Of a stretch of DNA of 33,000 bases, positions 11,701 through 24,439 are shown piece after piece. Positions within the stretch are counted from its first letter, which is position 1. The number at the start of each line of letters is the position of its first letter. The DNA is from Octopus bimaculoides (lineage: Eukaryota): the NCBI RefSeq assembly GCF_001194135.2, contig NC_068997.1:55913762-55946761 (forward strand). The letters run 5' to 3'. Made by a program: the position numbers and the translations under genes. Below the pieces are notes generated by a model, which did no database searches, was not told the origin of the DNA, and saw only the letters and a list, made by a program, of their open reading frames with translations.

Positions 11701-12885
11701 TTTTTTTTTTTCAAATTTCTTTCTTCCACCTTTTCGTACAATTCAATTTATTCAATTACAAATAAGTATTTTTCTTCTCAAATAAACAATTTGGTAATTC
11801 TCTCTGTATCTGACCAATCTTTACCATTTTTTAAACTTTATTTTTAGTAAATATTTTTCTAAACTATACAAGATTATTTCGGTCTTAATATTTGTCTCAC
11901 TTTTGTAAGAAATATTTAATCTTGAGTAGATTAAATATTCGAACCGATTACAAGCCTTCAGTTATAGAGGCATTGCATTAGCCAAGCTACCATCAATATT
12001 GCATTAAGGAGGCTGGTTTGTTTTATTTTGCTAAGACATTGTTGAAATATCTATTCTAAATATATTCGTATTAGTGGGGATAACAAATAAATCAATAAAA
12101 AATATATCAAAAAGCAACAAAACTATAATATATAATATATTACTCTATTTTGATTAGTTTATTGTTTTGGAAGTGTTTATGTAAGATAGTTTAATGCTTT
12201 GTTGTTCTGTACGTATAAATCTGCCAATACCAAAACCAACATATATAGAAATATAAGTCAAATATATTTGGTCTGGCACTGAGATTTATATTACCACCGA
12301 TCTCTTTGTCAGACAAGTTTTCTGGAAAGTAAGAAGCAATGAAGTTTTCCTTCAAAAATTAATTAAAATAACAAAGCATTGTAATTTAAAAATACAAAAC
12401 AGAATGAAAAAGAAAAAAAAAACTCCAGACAAATTAACAGAAAGAAGATTTTGTATTTTATGATGATATGAATACTTTGCTTTCCTGTGATGCTCATAGT
12501 TTGATGTAGGACCAACACAGAAAATACGACATAAAAGCCATGGAAGTTTACATGAACCAGAATAAATAAAAGTTGAACGACCTACCATGTGAAAGCAGTC
12601 ATTCACTATTTTAATTAATTACTCAGTAAATTACTGGGGAACTGGTCATTAATTTACTAGGCTCTTGTAGAATGGGGGAATTGGTAGATTTGGTGCACAG
12701 CTGGAATACTTGTCACTCCATCAAGTTAAATGAGGCTTGCTGACCCAGAGGGGAAGAACAAGGGGAAATGCTTAGTGTATGGTCTGAACATGAGAGATAC
12801 AGAGGAAAGTATCAATGGAGGAGAGACAACTGAGTTCAATGGGGTTGGGTGGTGAGTGTATAAACATATACATGTGTGCGTATGT

Positions 12886-13050
<165 letters not shown>

Positions 13051-13354
13051 NNNNNNNNNNNNNNNNNNNNNNNNNNNNNNNNNNNNNNNNNNNNNNNNNN
13101 NNNNNNNNNNNNNNNNNNNNNNNNNNNNNNNNNNNNNNNNNNNNNNNNNNNNNNNNNNNNNNNNNNNNNNNNNNNNNNNNNNNNNNNNNNNNNNNNNNNN
13201 NNNNNNNNNNNNNNNNNNNNNNNNNNNNNNNNNNNNNNNNNNNNNNNNNNNNNNNNNNNNNNNNNNNNNNNNNNNNNNNNNNNNNNNNNNNNNNNNNNNN
13301 NNNNNNNNNNNNNNNNNNNNNNNNNNNNNNNNNNNNNNNNNNNNNNNNNNNNNN
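13051..13354. other. Assembly gap (304 N)
   Basis: N run. Confidence 1.
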
Positions 13355-13379
13355 AAGCTTGTTTGCTTACACATGCACT

Positions 13380-13900
<521 letters not shown>

Positions 13901-14319
13901 CAGATATCTCTATGTTTGTGTATCTTTGTGTCTTAATATGTCAACCCCTTCTTCCCCACCACCACCACCACTACCACCATTACCACCACTTGACAACTTG
14001 TTTATGTCTCCATAACTTTGCAGTTCCAGATAAGTCACCAACAGAACAAGTCGCAGGCTTATAAAAAAAGCAGCGTGAGTATTTGACAAAAATCTTTTAA
14101 GGCAATGCCCCAGTATGGCTGCTCTCCAGCGACATGAAACAAGTAGAAATAATATATACATTGGTAGAGGAAGAGAGAGAGAGGGGGGGGGAGAGAGAGG
14201 GGGAGAGAGAGAGAGGGGGAGAGAGAGAGCCCTCCAAAAATTGCTCTGCTATGGGCAATGAATTTGTGGTCAGTTCCCCTGTCAACAGGTTTTCTTCCTC
14301 AAGCTCTGGGCATTTGAAG

Positions 14320-14412
14320 CACCAGAGCCAATGTAATTGACATACCTCTTCTGTTCTGTAATTATTTGCTTTGTGCCAAATTTGAAACCAATAAAATCTA
14401 ACCCATGCTGGC
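14320..14412 (+). mobile_element. Degraded family A 3' end followed by a family B-like tail remnant
   Basis: ATGTAATTGAC...TTGTGCCAAATTTGAAACCAA then AACCCATGCTGGCA. Confidence 0.45.
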
Positions 14413-15049
14413 AGATGAAAACAAAAATGAATGTAAAATGAAAATGAACAAAAGTGTAAATAATTGTTGTACCGATGAAGAAATTGAAATTTGTTTTAAT
14501 CGATACCCAACACTCTATATTCAGTGGAATTCCTGTATATACACCCACCGCAACACGTTTCTGTCCCTCGGTGTCTAAAATATTTACATCATTTATTATT
14601 TTCATTCATTTTGAGTTTTATTTTTAAATATTGGTCTTATCTTAATTAATATTCAGTTAATAATTCATTGAGAAGTGAAATGTTTTAATTTGGTATTTCA
14701 ACTGATAATTAAGTAAATCAACTCCAATAAATATTAATTAGGAATAAATAAATTGAATTTGTTGAAATGATTCCTTCCCATCATTGCACTCACAATATTG
14801 CACTTGCTGCATTAAAAAAATGATGATGCGAAAAGGTGTGGAATATATACCATTACAGATATGGTAATGAGTGGTGTGTGTGTGTGTATGTGTGTATGTG
14901 TGTGTGTGTGCATGTATTATGATGAAGACATTTTTATAATAAGACAAGAAAATCTTGGGAATGAAACATTTCTGAGAGAATGAATAATAAAACAATCTCT
15001 GATTACTTGGAAATTAATTCCTTCTATCAATATACATCTACATACATAC

Positions 15050-15050
15050 A

Positions 15051-15146
<96 letters not shown>

Positions 15147-15159
15147 TACATATATATAT

Positions 15160-15230
<71 letters not shown>

Positions 15231-15245
15231 CATACACACACACAT
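15050..15245. repeat. Compound microsatellite (ATCT)n-(TA)n-(CA)n
   Basis: Directly visible. Confidence 0.97.
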
Positions 15246-15262
15246 ATTTATATTCATATATA

Positions 15263-16144
15263 CAGGGTAATTGAAAAGTAGCTCCCTATTTTAAAATACT
15301 TATAATTTATTTATTAACTATCATTTTTTCCTCAAATTTGTTGTGTATCTTCTTTAATGTATGGAAATTGATTCTGTGTTGCTTTTCTTCAGATTGATTG
15401 TTTTGCTTGAAATTTAGAAGCCCTACAAACATGATCTGATCTCTTTAAAAATATCCTCTGGAGTGTTGAAGTGGTGGTCCACATCGGTGGGTTTCTGAAC
15501 CATCCCAACTGCCACTACTGGGCAGGAGAAGATCCGTGTATTACCTCTGAAAAAATGCAGGATCGGCCCAAGGTAATGGTATGGTGTGGAATGACTTTAG
15601 ACAAGAATGTGGATCCATTTATCCTTTGTAATACCATAAATGCTGAAAGAAGACTCACTCTGCTGCAAGATCAAATCTGGCCAGTTATGAGTACTGGGGA
15701 GAGTATTATACAAGATGGCGCTCCTCCACATTTTGCCATCGATGTTCGTGAATGGCCACTTCTCTGGGAGATGGATGGGTCATCGAGGTTCACAGGATTG
15801 GCCAGCCAGAAGCCTTGATTTAACATTGCAACTTTTTTCTTTGGGATTGGTTAAAGGAACAACTCTACTCTACCAAACCAACAACTTTGGAAGAACTTGA
15901 AGGGTGAATGCAAGAAGTTATGTCTTCCATCCCACAAGAGTTCCTGATGAAATCAGTTGATGTGGTTCCCAGGAGGTTTGAGAAGCTGGTGGCAAATGCT
16001 GGTGGCAAATGCTAGTGCCTATATCGAATTTTAAATAAAACTCCATGCTATATGCTTTCTTCACATATTTATTTTTGTTAAAAATTATAGTTAATAAATA
16101 AATTATAAGTATTTTAAAATAGGATCTTACTTTAACTCACTCTG
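15263..16144 (+). mobile_element. Tc1/mariner-superfamily DNA transposon, internally deleted, probably DD41D (rosa/Visitor) type
   Basis: Flanked by TA on both sides (15261-15262, 16145-16146); imperfect TIRs of about 60 bp beginning CAG(G/A)GT with a 37-nt perfectly inverted core (15285-15321 vs 16087-16123); transposase remnants inside. Confidence 0.9.
15450..15960 (+). pseudogene. Tc1/mariner transposase catalytic-domain pseudogene
   Basis: ILWSVE (first D mutated; cf. ILWSDE)...HIGGFLNHPNCHYWA...KVMVWCG...QDGAPPHF..VREW, frameshift, HFSGRWMGHRGSQDWPARSLDLT, frameshift, CNFFL. There is no room for the N-terminal HTH domain. Confidence 0.9.
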
Positions 16145-16212
16145 TACATATCTGAATATAACTACATGCATACACATACACACATGTTCATATATATTTA
16201 TATATATATTGT

Positions 16213-16499
16213 GGTACCATGTGACCAGATTATCAGATGTTGTTACACATCGCTGGTCACAATGTACTTTGCATTGTTTTAGCTTTCAAATGATGGCTCC
16301 CCATTGGCTTAGCGAGCTGGCCAAATTTCCTCCTGCTGAACAGGATTTCAGTTCATTGAAGGTTGGATCTATTTATGGCTGAGTGAACTGAACCAGTGGG
16401 AAACAAAGTGTTTTGCTAAAGAGCACAATGTGTCACCCTGTCCAGGAATCGAACTCATGATCTCGAGATTGTGAGTGCAAAACTCAACCACTAGGCCAC

Positions 16500-16500
<1 letters not shown>
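16213..16500 (-). mobile_element. tRNA-derived SINE with recognisable Pol III box A and box B
   Basis: Reverse complement starts CGTGGCCTAGTGGTTGAG...GAGTTCGATTCCTGG (box A TGGCCTAGTGG, box B GTTCGATTCC) and continues into non-tRNA body, so it is not a tRNA gene. Confidence 0.75.

Positions 16501-16504
<4 letters not shown>

Positions 16505-16546
<42 letters not shown>
16505..16546. repeat. (TG)n microsatellite
   Basis: Directly visible. Confidence 0.97.
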
Positions 16547-16548
<2 letters not shown>

Positions 16549-16880
16549 GGAGAATACAGTTTGAAGTGTATGGTAAGTGCATTGAGTACGTTTTATTCAT
16601 CATTTTACTTCATACTTCCCAGATACCTTTTATGTAAGCTCTAGTTTTATTATTAATACAATAAAACACAGAACCAGGTTAGAACAGCAAACATGTTTGA
16701 AGATAGATGAGTTAGACTGTATATTGAAACATCAATGGTGGACACAAAGATGACGTAGCTGTTTTTGTGGTTCAAGAAGAGAATCAAAGAACTTGACTAA
16801 TGTTGGGTAAAAATCTCATTATTAGTTTCCGTATTCAAACTTTGGCACTTCAGATTTCTGGGTAATATTTCTTTCTGCTA

Positions 16881-17073
16881 CACACATAAGGCCTGAAATT
16901 TTGTGGGGAGGGGCTTGTTGACTTCATCGACCCCAATACTTAATTGCTACTTATTTCATTGACCCCCAAAAGATGAAAGGGGGTGGCGACATTGGCAGAA
17001 TGTGAACCCAAAACTTGAAGATGGATGAAATGCAATTTAGCATTTTGCTAACAGCTCTGCCAGCTCACCATCT
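16881..17073 (-). mobile_element. SINE family A copy
   Basis: AAGGCCTGAAATTTTGTGGGGAGGGG...CATCGACCCCAATAC...GACCCCCAAAAGATGAAAGG...CTCTGCCAGCTCACC. Confidence 0.8.
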
Positions 17074-17092
17074 TAAATTTTCATATTATATT

Positions 17093-17306
17093 GTTTTTCA
17101 ATTTTTGCACAAGGTCAGCAATTTTAGGGGAAGGGGTAAGTCAATTACATTGACCCCAGTGCTCAGTTGGTCCCTGTTTTATCAACCTCGAAAGGATGAA
17201 AGGCAGAGTTAACCTCAGCAGAATTTGAACTCAGAACATAAAGACAGACAAAATGCTGCTAAGTATTTTTCTCAGCGTCTTAACGGTTCTGCCAGTTCGC
17301 TGTCTT
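17093..17306 (-). mobile_element. SINE family A, near full-length copy
   Basis: TTTTGCACAAGGTCAGCAATTTTAGGGG...TTGACCCCAGTGCTCAG...GAAAGGATGAAAGGCAGAG...GAATTTGAACTCAGAAC...TTCTGCCAGTTCGC. Confidence 0.85.
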
Positions 17307-17434
17307 TGATTTTGCATGTAATATTAATAACAGAGTAACTTTAATTATTTAATTAAGCTGTTGTGGTTGATTAGCTTCATTCTTAGCCCAATTAAGTTGA
17401 TTTATTATTAAGAATCTACCAACCAAGGTTACCC

Positions 17435-17545
17435 TGTTTATTTTCAGACATAGTGTATTTAAGATTACATTATCCAATATGACCTTCCTTGTTTGAGACC
17501 CACAAGTGTGATTTGAGGGAGATTGAGCTGACAGAATTACTATTA
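17435..17545. mobile_element. Family D fragment
   Basis: GATTACATTATCCAATATGACCTTCC...GTGTGATTTGAGGGAGATTGAGCTG matches 27190-27265 and 29910-29990. Confidence 0.6.
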
Positions 17546-17954
17546 GTAATATAAAAAAAAAAATTTTAAAAAAAGAGCAGATGCCATGCTTTCTGCAACA
17601 TTCTGTAAATGGTAATGAGCAGAAGGGAAAAGTACAGAGAAGCTGGAACTGCAGAATCAAGAGAGAATTTTAATGACCATTCCAAGATTGATACAACTGA
17701 TATGGAACTGTAGATGGAATGTATGGAATATATGGTCGTAGGAAAAGAAGCACAAGGAAAGAGTGAAACTTCTGGACTTCTTTGATGACAATTAATTTAC
17801 AATATTCAAGAGAAACTTTTGAAAGCCAGTCACCAACAAATCACAGGAGACGGAATGACAAACAGGCATTATCCGAGTTTCAAAAAAGAGACAAATATCC
17901 ATGAAATCCTGGTGTGTCTTTCACTTAAATTATATCTGATATATATGTATATCT

Positions 17955-17961
17955 AATAATG

Positions 17962-17998
<37 letters not shown>

Positions 17999-18008
17999 TA
18001 ATAATAAT
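17955..18008. repeat. (AAT)n microsatellite
   Basis: Directly visible. Confidence 0.95.
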
Positions 18009-18694
18009 AGGCTACATCTTTATAACTATATACGTAATAATAACAGAATATATCAGCTGTGATTTTAATTTCAAGATGCTCCTCTCAACAGCATTTAATG
18101 CCAATTCTCTTTATCTGTAATGGTTATATTCAAAACTTTCTTTAGTTTTCTCCAAGCGTCTCAACCTCTCAACCTTCAATTATTCTTACTTTGGTTCCGT
18201 TCCATTCTCCACAAAGAAAGCCATTGTTGATCTTATTGTTATGATATACAACCTACTCTACAGTTTCTAAATTCCTACTCTTCAACTGATTGCTTATATC
18301 TTTCCTTTCAAAAAGCCATTTCTATCGAGAAATATTTAAACTAAAACAATTTATTGATAAAATCTTGTTACTTTGCCACTTCTTATATATTTCACATAAA
18401 ATTACAATGTCTCTTCGCTTCACAATGAAGAAGCGAGATAAACTCATCACACATAAGTAATGTTATTAATAATACATGGAAATGTCTTCATCATAAATTG
18501 TGTCGAAGTTCCTTTGTTACAGTTTCAGGAACAATCAACTTTCTAATGATTCAACTGCCTTCAATTTCGTGTGTTCTGTAAAAAATGCTTTGCAATAATT
18601 CTTTTGTTTTAGGTTTACATTTCTTTGCACTATTAACTTCATTTATTGAGGTGAAACAGTTTTAAATATTTACATCCTTCTCTGTGCCATTTCT

Positions 18695-19070
18695 TGTTAT
18701 GCCCCCCTCTCTCTCTCTCCAATCACTTCATCTCTCCTTCTGATCACTTTGTTTGTCTCTCTCTCTCTCTCTCCTACAAGCTGTCTCTCACTTTGTTTTT
18801 CTCTCTCCCTCTCTCTTTCCTATCGCTCAATCTCTCCCTCCTATTGCGTTCTCTCTCTCTCTCTCTCTCTCCCCTATCACTCAATCTCTCTCTTTCTTTC
18901 ATTCTCTCTCTCTCTCTCTCCCTCCTTACCCTCTCTGTTTCTCCCCCATACTGTACATATTTACCAACACCCACTCTGAAGCTCTCTCCTCTTCACACAC
19001 AAACGCACTCTCTGCTTTAATACACTCCCCCTCTATCCTATTACTCTCCCTCACCCTCTTTCACTCTCAA
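18695..19070. repeat. CT-rich low-complexity tract with a recurring CCTATC(A/G)CTCAATCTCTC unit
   Basis: Directly visible; source of the SLSLSL ORFs. Confidence 0.85.
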
Positions 19071-20140
19071 CCAGTTGTATTCGAATGAAAGGATCGAATT
19101 CTCAGAACTAAGGCAGGGAACACAGAACTCTCCTTTGTCTTGCTAACGATCAAACTATATCACGGCTGCAGGTGAAAATAAAGGTATCATACACCCACTA
19201 ATAGCATATGATATATACATCAATTACACCATATATTATACACACCCTTGATATGACATACTGTATGTACGCTCATTATTAATACTAATTTTGGTGAATG
19301 TTTTAGAGTATTTACATGATTTCTTAAATAAAACTGATAAATCAATGAGTGAACTTTGATTTTTATCTATCAATAAATTCCTCAACAGATTTTATGTATA
19401 ATTTTTCTTCATTTTGCTGTTTTCCATTTATTTTTGCTATATTTTCTAGTTTAAAATGGTTTTATTGTTCTTAAAGCTTGATGTCCTGGTTTATTTTTCA
19501 AGTAATGTAAGGGTGGAGTCTACCCTTATGCTTTGGTCAGTCTATCATTTTGAGTAGCAGGTGTATTATATTAATCCCATTAATATCCTCACCTAATTCT
19601 TGAATGCATTTAGCAGAGTCTGCAGCATTTAAACTCAATCACTGATTTCTTTCCCACCCAAATATTTTGATTAAACTTCCTTCCTCCAATTTCCTTGTCT
19701 CCCCATATTTCCCCTGTAGATGTTCAGCTTAAATATCCATTCCAGCAGTTTCATCAATCTTCTCAGCAAAAGTGCAAAATAAGTCTTAGAGATTGTTCTT
19801 TATTGAAAACCAAAGTAGGTCAATAGTCCAAGTTTCATATCCACGGAGATTCCGTCTCTTAATTTACTTTGGTTCTATTTAATAAGTTCACTGATATTTA
19901 ACCCAGAAGATAGACTGTTTATGGTGGTTTTGACAATGTAACATGTGAGAAACAATGCCATTACAGTTATCAATCATTTAACGTAAACGAGACATAAATG
20001 AGATAAATTTCAGTACTGTTTGCAGGAAGAACGTCTATAATTGAAGAGATCTTCACTGGCTTACGTACTTCTACAATGGAATCCTTTTATGTGCCCAGAA
20101 GAGGCAACAAGGAACCAGTCTGCTGTATTCTGCCTTGTAT

Positions 20141-20436
20141 TCTTTCATTCTTTCAATTGTTTCAGTCATTTGACTGTGGCCATGCTGGAGCACCACCTTT
20201 AGTCGAACAAATCGGCCCCAGGACTTATTCGTTGTAAGCCTAGTATATGTTCTATTGGTCTCTTTTTATGAACCACTAAGTTATGGGGATGTGAACACAC
20301 CAACATCGGTTGTCAAGCGATGGTGGGGGGAGGACAAACACAGGCACACACACATACACAAACACATATATATATATATATATATATACAACAGGCTTCT
20401 TTCAGTTTCCATCTACCAAATTCACTCACAAGACTT
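20141..20436 (-). mobile_element. SINE family C, well preserved, 5'-truncated
   Basis: TTTCAGTCATTTGACTGTGGCCATGCTGGAGCACCACCTTTAGTCGAACAAATCG...GAACCACTAAGTTATGGGG...GGTTGTCAAGCGATG..(CA)n(TA)n..GGCTTCTTTCAGTTTCCATCTACCAAATTCACTCACAAG. Confidence 0.9.
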
Positions 20437-20566
20437 TCCAGCTGTAGAAACCATGCCAAATCAGACTGGAGTCTGGCACAGCCCCTCAGCTTACCAGTCC
20501 TGGTCAAACCATCCAACCCATGCCAGTATGGACAATGGACGTTAAATAATGATGATGATAGTGATG
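20437..20566 (+). mobile_element. Family B 3' tail
   Basis: TCCAGCTGTAGAAACCATGCCAAATCAGACTGGAG...AACCCATGCCAGTATGG...GTTAAATAATGATGATG. Confidence 0.85.
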
Positions 20567-23357
20567 CATGTAAACATAGTTGAGGACCTGCATTTGGTAA
20601 AGAAATAAAAGAGAAACTGTTAAACAACTTCCAGATATTACATATTCCTCATTTCTTCACTAAAGGGACCTCATGGCACATGAAAAGCTATTCCATGAAT
20701 TTTATTATTACAATCTTTAATTTTGCAATACAATATGTTCAGCAGTCGACTAAAATACTTATTTATTTAATTGTCCTGCTTCAGACAATTTCTGGTCTTT
20801 TATAAATCCAAGTTCTTTTATAAATTCAAAAATATTATTTTATTGATTATTGCAGGTTTTATAATCGCTAATTAAATTAAATTGCTAAAAGGACAAAAAT
20901 TGTACTAACAAAGAGTTGTTCTCTGCAGCCAGAAAGAAATTTAATTTAGTTTGATTTAAAAAGATTGTCACCAGGGGGATATTTGACGACTGCAACAATC
21001 AAGTGAAATGTTACCTCCAATTTTGTGATTAAACTAAAATAGAATGCATCAATTACATGATTATATTTTTGAAGACTGACAGAAAATAGATCAATCAGAA
21101 CAGAGTGAAAATAGCAACAGGAAAGACAAGTATTAGATTTTAAAAAGCCTCCACTACTTAAGGCTGAATGAAAATTAATATTTCATTGTTTAGTACGCTG
21201 TAAAATGTTTACATACAGAATAAGTTGCTATATTTATAGATAACAGATGTATTTTGCCTGACACAGCCTCCCACCACAAAGAACAAAAACAACTTTTCTA
21301 CTTAAAGATATACCTTACAAACAAAAGCTTCTAACTTAAACTCAAAGAAAATAAGATTAAAATTGACAAAATAGTTTTTGTTTAAAGTCACAGTGATACA
21401 GCTTAAGTGAATACTTGAACTCTGATCAAAGCATTCTTCTGATAGTTTTGCAACTGTCAATGCGTACAATGAAAGTTTGTGAATTTTAAATTAGTTACTT
21501 TGAAAAAATTCGCTCCTAAATATTATAGCTTTTTCCAATTGTTTTCTTGCCCTGGGAACTAAAATTTTATTATGTTAAAATAAATGCTCTAAATTTTGCC
21601 ACTTCTATTTCTTTGCTGTCAGAAATTCAATAAATGAAACACTTTTTATTGTTTTGTCTTGCACAGTTTTCTAAATAGCCAAGATATACATATCCATAAA
21701 TAGATACCACTCAGATCTATCCTTTTATTTGTTTGCCACATTAACTGACATGAAACGAATGTTTGCTTCCTAACACAAACTAATTCCAACTTCTTTTACA
21801 ACAAACAATTTAACCAACAGGACACACACACGCATTGACCCTGAACTAAACATATAAAACACTTTATAGTATTTTATTGTTGTACTGGACTGTAAACACG
21901 CTGGGGCCACTGACTGCAAAGGTTTTACTTAATTTCATCACTCCTTATATTTATTCATGTTATTGATTTGTTCTGTTTATGTTTCTTGCTGAATCTGGAG
22001 GAAGGGACAAGGTCCATGATCTTGGCAGGCCTCTGGACCTAGAGACCTCGAGATAATTAGTATTCTGTTTAAACCATTGTTGGTTGATACCTGCAGGAAA
22101 TGCATGAGGGAGGAGGAGATTCCAGAAGAGGAAAGACTAAGGATATTGGTTACTGAGAGGCTGAGGATGCTGGATGCAACAAGGGTGGCAAGATGGGATA
22201 AGATCAGTGAATCAGGGCTACCTTAGTGGTGGAGGTATGAGAACAGCCAGCTCAGAGGAACAGAGCCCATTTGAGAAGAAACAACACCAAAATAGTACAA
22301 AGAGGGATACAAATGAAATAAAAAAAACAGGGACTCTTAAAATGGTTGACTGGAACTAGTGAATAATTTCTATTACATTGACCACGGGTAAAATTTTGAT
22401 GAAGTTGAAATTTGAAGTATTTCACTAATAAAGTTATGTAAATATAAAACCGATATTGACTAGGAAAAAAAGAAAAAACGAATAAACCTCTGAGAATATT
22501 TAAGAAAAAAAAACAAATTTAATACGAGTTGCTTTGAACACCCCATTTTTGGTTAGTGTAGTGATTGTCATGTGACAGTCACTTTTTGTCTGAATGGATA
22601 TAAAATGATGATGCAATAATCACACCCTTATTATAGCTAATTAATATCAAATGGCTCTTAAATTATTTTATTAAAGATTTTGGATCAATAATTTAAAGTG
22701 CATAAAATAATAACTTGTTCTAATAAAAGAAAAACGATTTACCAATGAAAGTTCCTTCTTCAATAAAAAAAATAGTTGATTATGTTTTTTCATAGAAATG
22801 GAAAATGTCTGAGAGTTTTATTTGGAAATATATTTTTGGTTGTGATTTATATAAAAATATTCTTTAATGTTACTTTTTGACCTAGTATAAGGAATATGAA
22901 AAACTGAGAGAAAGTCGGCTTTTATAGAAGCTAGAATTTCAAAACTGATGTTTATGCTCACAGCAATCGATTTTCAAAAGACCTATCAATAAATATATTG
23001 TTGTAACACAAGTTATAGATTGGGTGTGAACTAATTTCAAAGGAAAATGAAAGCATATTTCGAAAGCAAGTTTGCTGAAGGTGTTGTGAAGTTTAACTCC
23101 AGAAAACGTCAGAATGTTTGAGACTATTTTTTTAACACGTGATACAGTATGTTACTGTATAAATGACATGGCTAATGATAAAGAAATACCTTCCAAAGAA
23201 ACATAATTTATTCAATATCCAGAGATAAGAGAAGACACATAGTAAATACAACACAGTTGGATATATCTGTAGGTGGGGATAACAGTAAACTTTACGATAG
23301 GAGAAGATTTCTTTGTTTCAAAGTCAATGCATAGAGCGAAATAACAGCCATCAATTA

Positions 23358-24439
23358 CACTGGTTTGCAGAGAAATTGAGGCAAATATAAAAATAGTTGT
23401 TCTAGCCTAATTTTGGGGTGATGATTTCAGATACAAAACCAGTTTTCACTCATCACTTCTAGCTTTTGAGATATACATTATTATGATTTTGCAAAAATTC
23501 ACGTAACCATGTATATGATCAATTCTCATTTTGTTTTCCCTATTTTCGTGATGCATATGATACATATCTCTGCAATGGCTTCAGGCACTTCAAAACACCG
23601 AGGATGCATCAACAAGACAAATTCATTCTGCTACGTGTGTGGGGATTTCATGACAATTGCACAGCACCGAATAATTACTTCCCTCCTGAGAACTGCTTAC
23701 TTCCATTATTTTGATTGTAAAATTGGAGATCAGGACAAATCCTGGGCCCCACACATCTGTTTTAAATCCTGCTACAATAGACTAACTGCATGGTTTAATG
23801 GCAAGAAAGCAGCCTTCAACTTTGCTGTCCCAATGGTCTGGAGAGAGCCACAAAGCCATTGTTATTTTTGTCTAACAAATATAACAGGCTTCAATGCTTC
23901 TTCTAGAAAAAAGATCAAATACCCCAACCTTCTCTCAGCTAGGAGACCTGTTACCCACCCAGATGATATCCCTGTTCCTACATCCACAGCAAATAAGGAT
24001 CTTCTTTCTTCACCAAATGAAGAAATGCCTTAAGGAGAAGATTCTGCCAAGTTGAGCTCTACTGAAGACAATGTCTCTGTTTATTCAAGAGCAAGCGGCA
24101 GTGAGCCCCAGCTGGATCATGCAGGAAGATCTGAATAACCTTGCCCGTGATTTGTATCTCTCCAAGCAACTGTCAGAGCTCCTGGCATCCTGGCTTAAGC
24201 AGTGGAACCTAGTCAAGGAAGATGCAAGGATCAACAGTTTCAGGACTTTGCCTCATTCTTTGACATGGGAAGCAGGTTGTGCTACCACACAAATGCTGTA
24301 TAATTAAAACAAAAATACTAGATGTGATAGAGCAAAACTGCTCAGAAAATAGAATTAACCATATCAGAATTAATAAAAAAAAACACCTATTCACATCCTT
24401 GCCTCAGAGCAAAAAAAAAAAAAATTTTGGAAACCAGCG
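23358..24439 (+). mobile_element. Chapaev3-like (CMC superfamily) DNA transposon, internally deleted
   Basis: Left end CACTGGTTTGCA preceded by TTA; right end TGGAAACCAGCG (10/12 inverted match) followed by TTT; subterminal inverted blocks TGAGGCAA, AATAG.TGTT and CAGTTTT..TCAC.TCTAG; transposase 5' half inside. Confidence 0.8.
23575..24307 (+). pseudogene. Chapaev3-type transposase N-terminal half (Cys/His-rich), disrupted and lacking the catalytic core
   Basis: MASGTSKHRGCINKTNSFCYVCG...AYFHYFDCKIGDQDKSWAPHIC..SC...W..G....FAVPMVWREP..HCYFC...YPNLLSARRPVTH; stop at 24031-24033; after a frameshift QEDLNNLARDLYLSKQLSELLASWLKQWNLV. The downstream catalytic region (LHIKLG, GERFHQ type motifs) is absent. 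Confidence 0.85.

Noticed and set aside
14024-14074. Candidate 51-nt exon (TTTGCAG ... GTGAGT; FQISHQQNKSQAYKKSS)
   Set aside because: Splice signals only; unrecognised peptide, flanked by repeats.
14470-14575. CpG-containing unique stretch with protein-like frames (VYTGIPLNIECWVS; ETCCGGCIY)
   Set aside because: Ig-like and Cys-repeat resemblances are too short and lack the expected downstream residues.
16440-16500. tRNA-like sequence with box A and box B
   Set aside because: No convincing cloverleaf and it runs into SINE body, so it is treated as a SINE head rather than a tRNA gene.
18100-19860. Strand-biased tracts (18100-18650, 19300-19860) with minus-strand hints of a LINE C-terminus (WERN, FCTF..ET)
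   Set aside because: Hints are too sparse to call a family; a frameshift-tolerant search against L1/Tx1 proteins is needed.
22085-22240. Purine-rich frame DTCRKCMREEEIPEEERL...
   Set aside because: Resembles a LINE C-terminal CxxC knuckle but lacks the His/Cys partners; no exon support.
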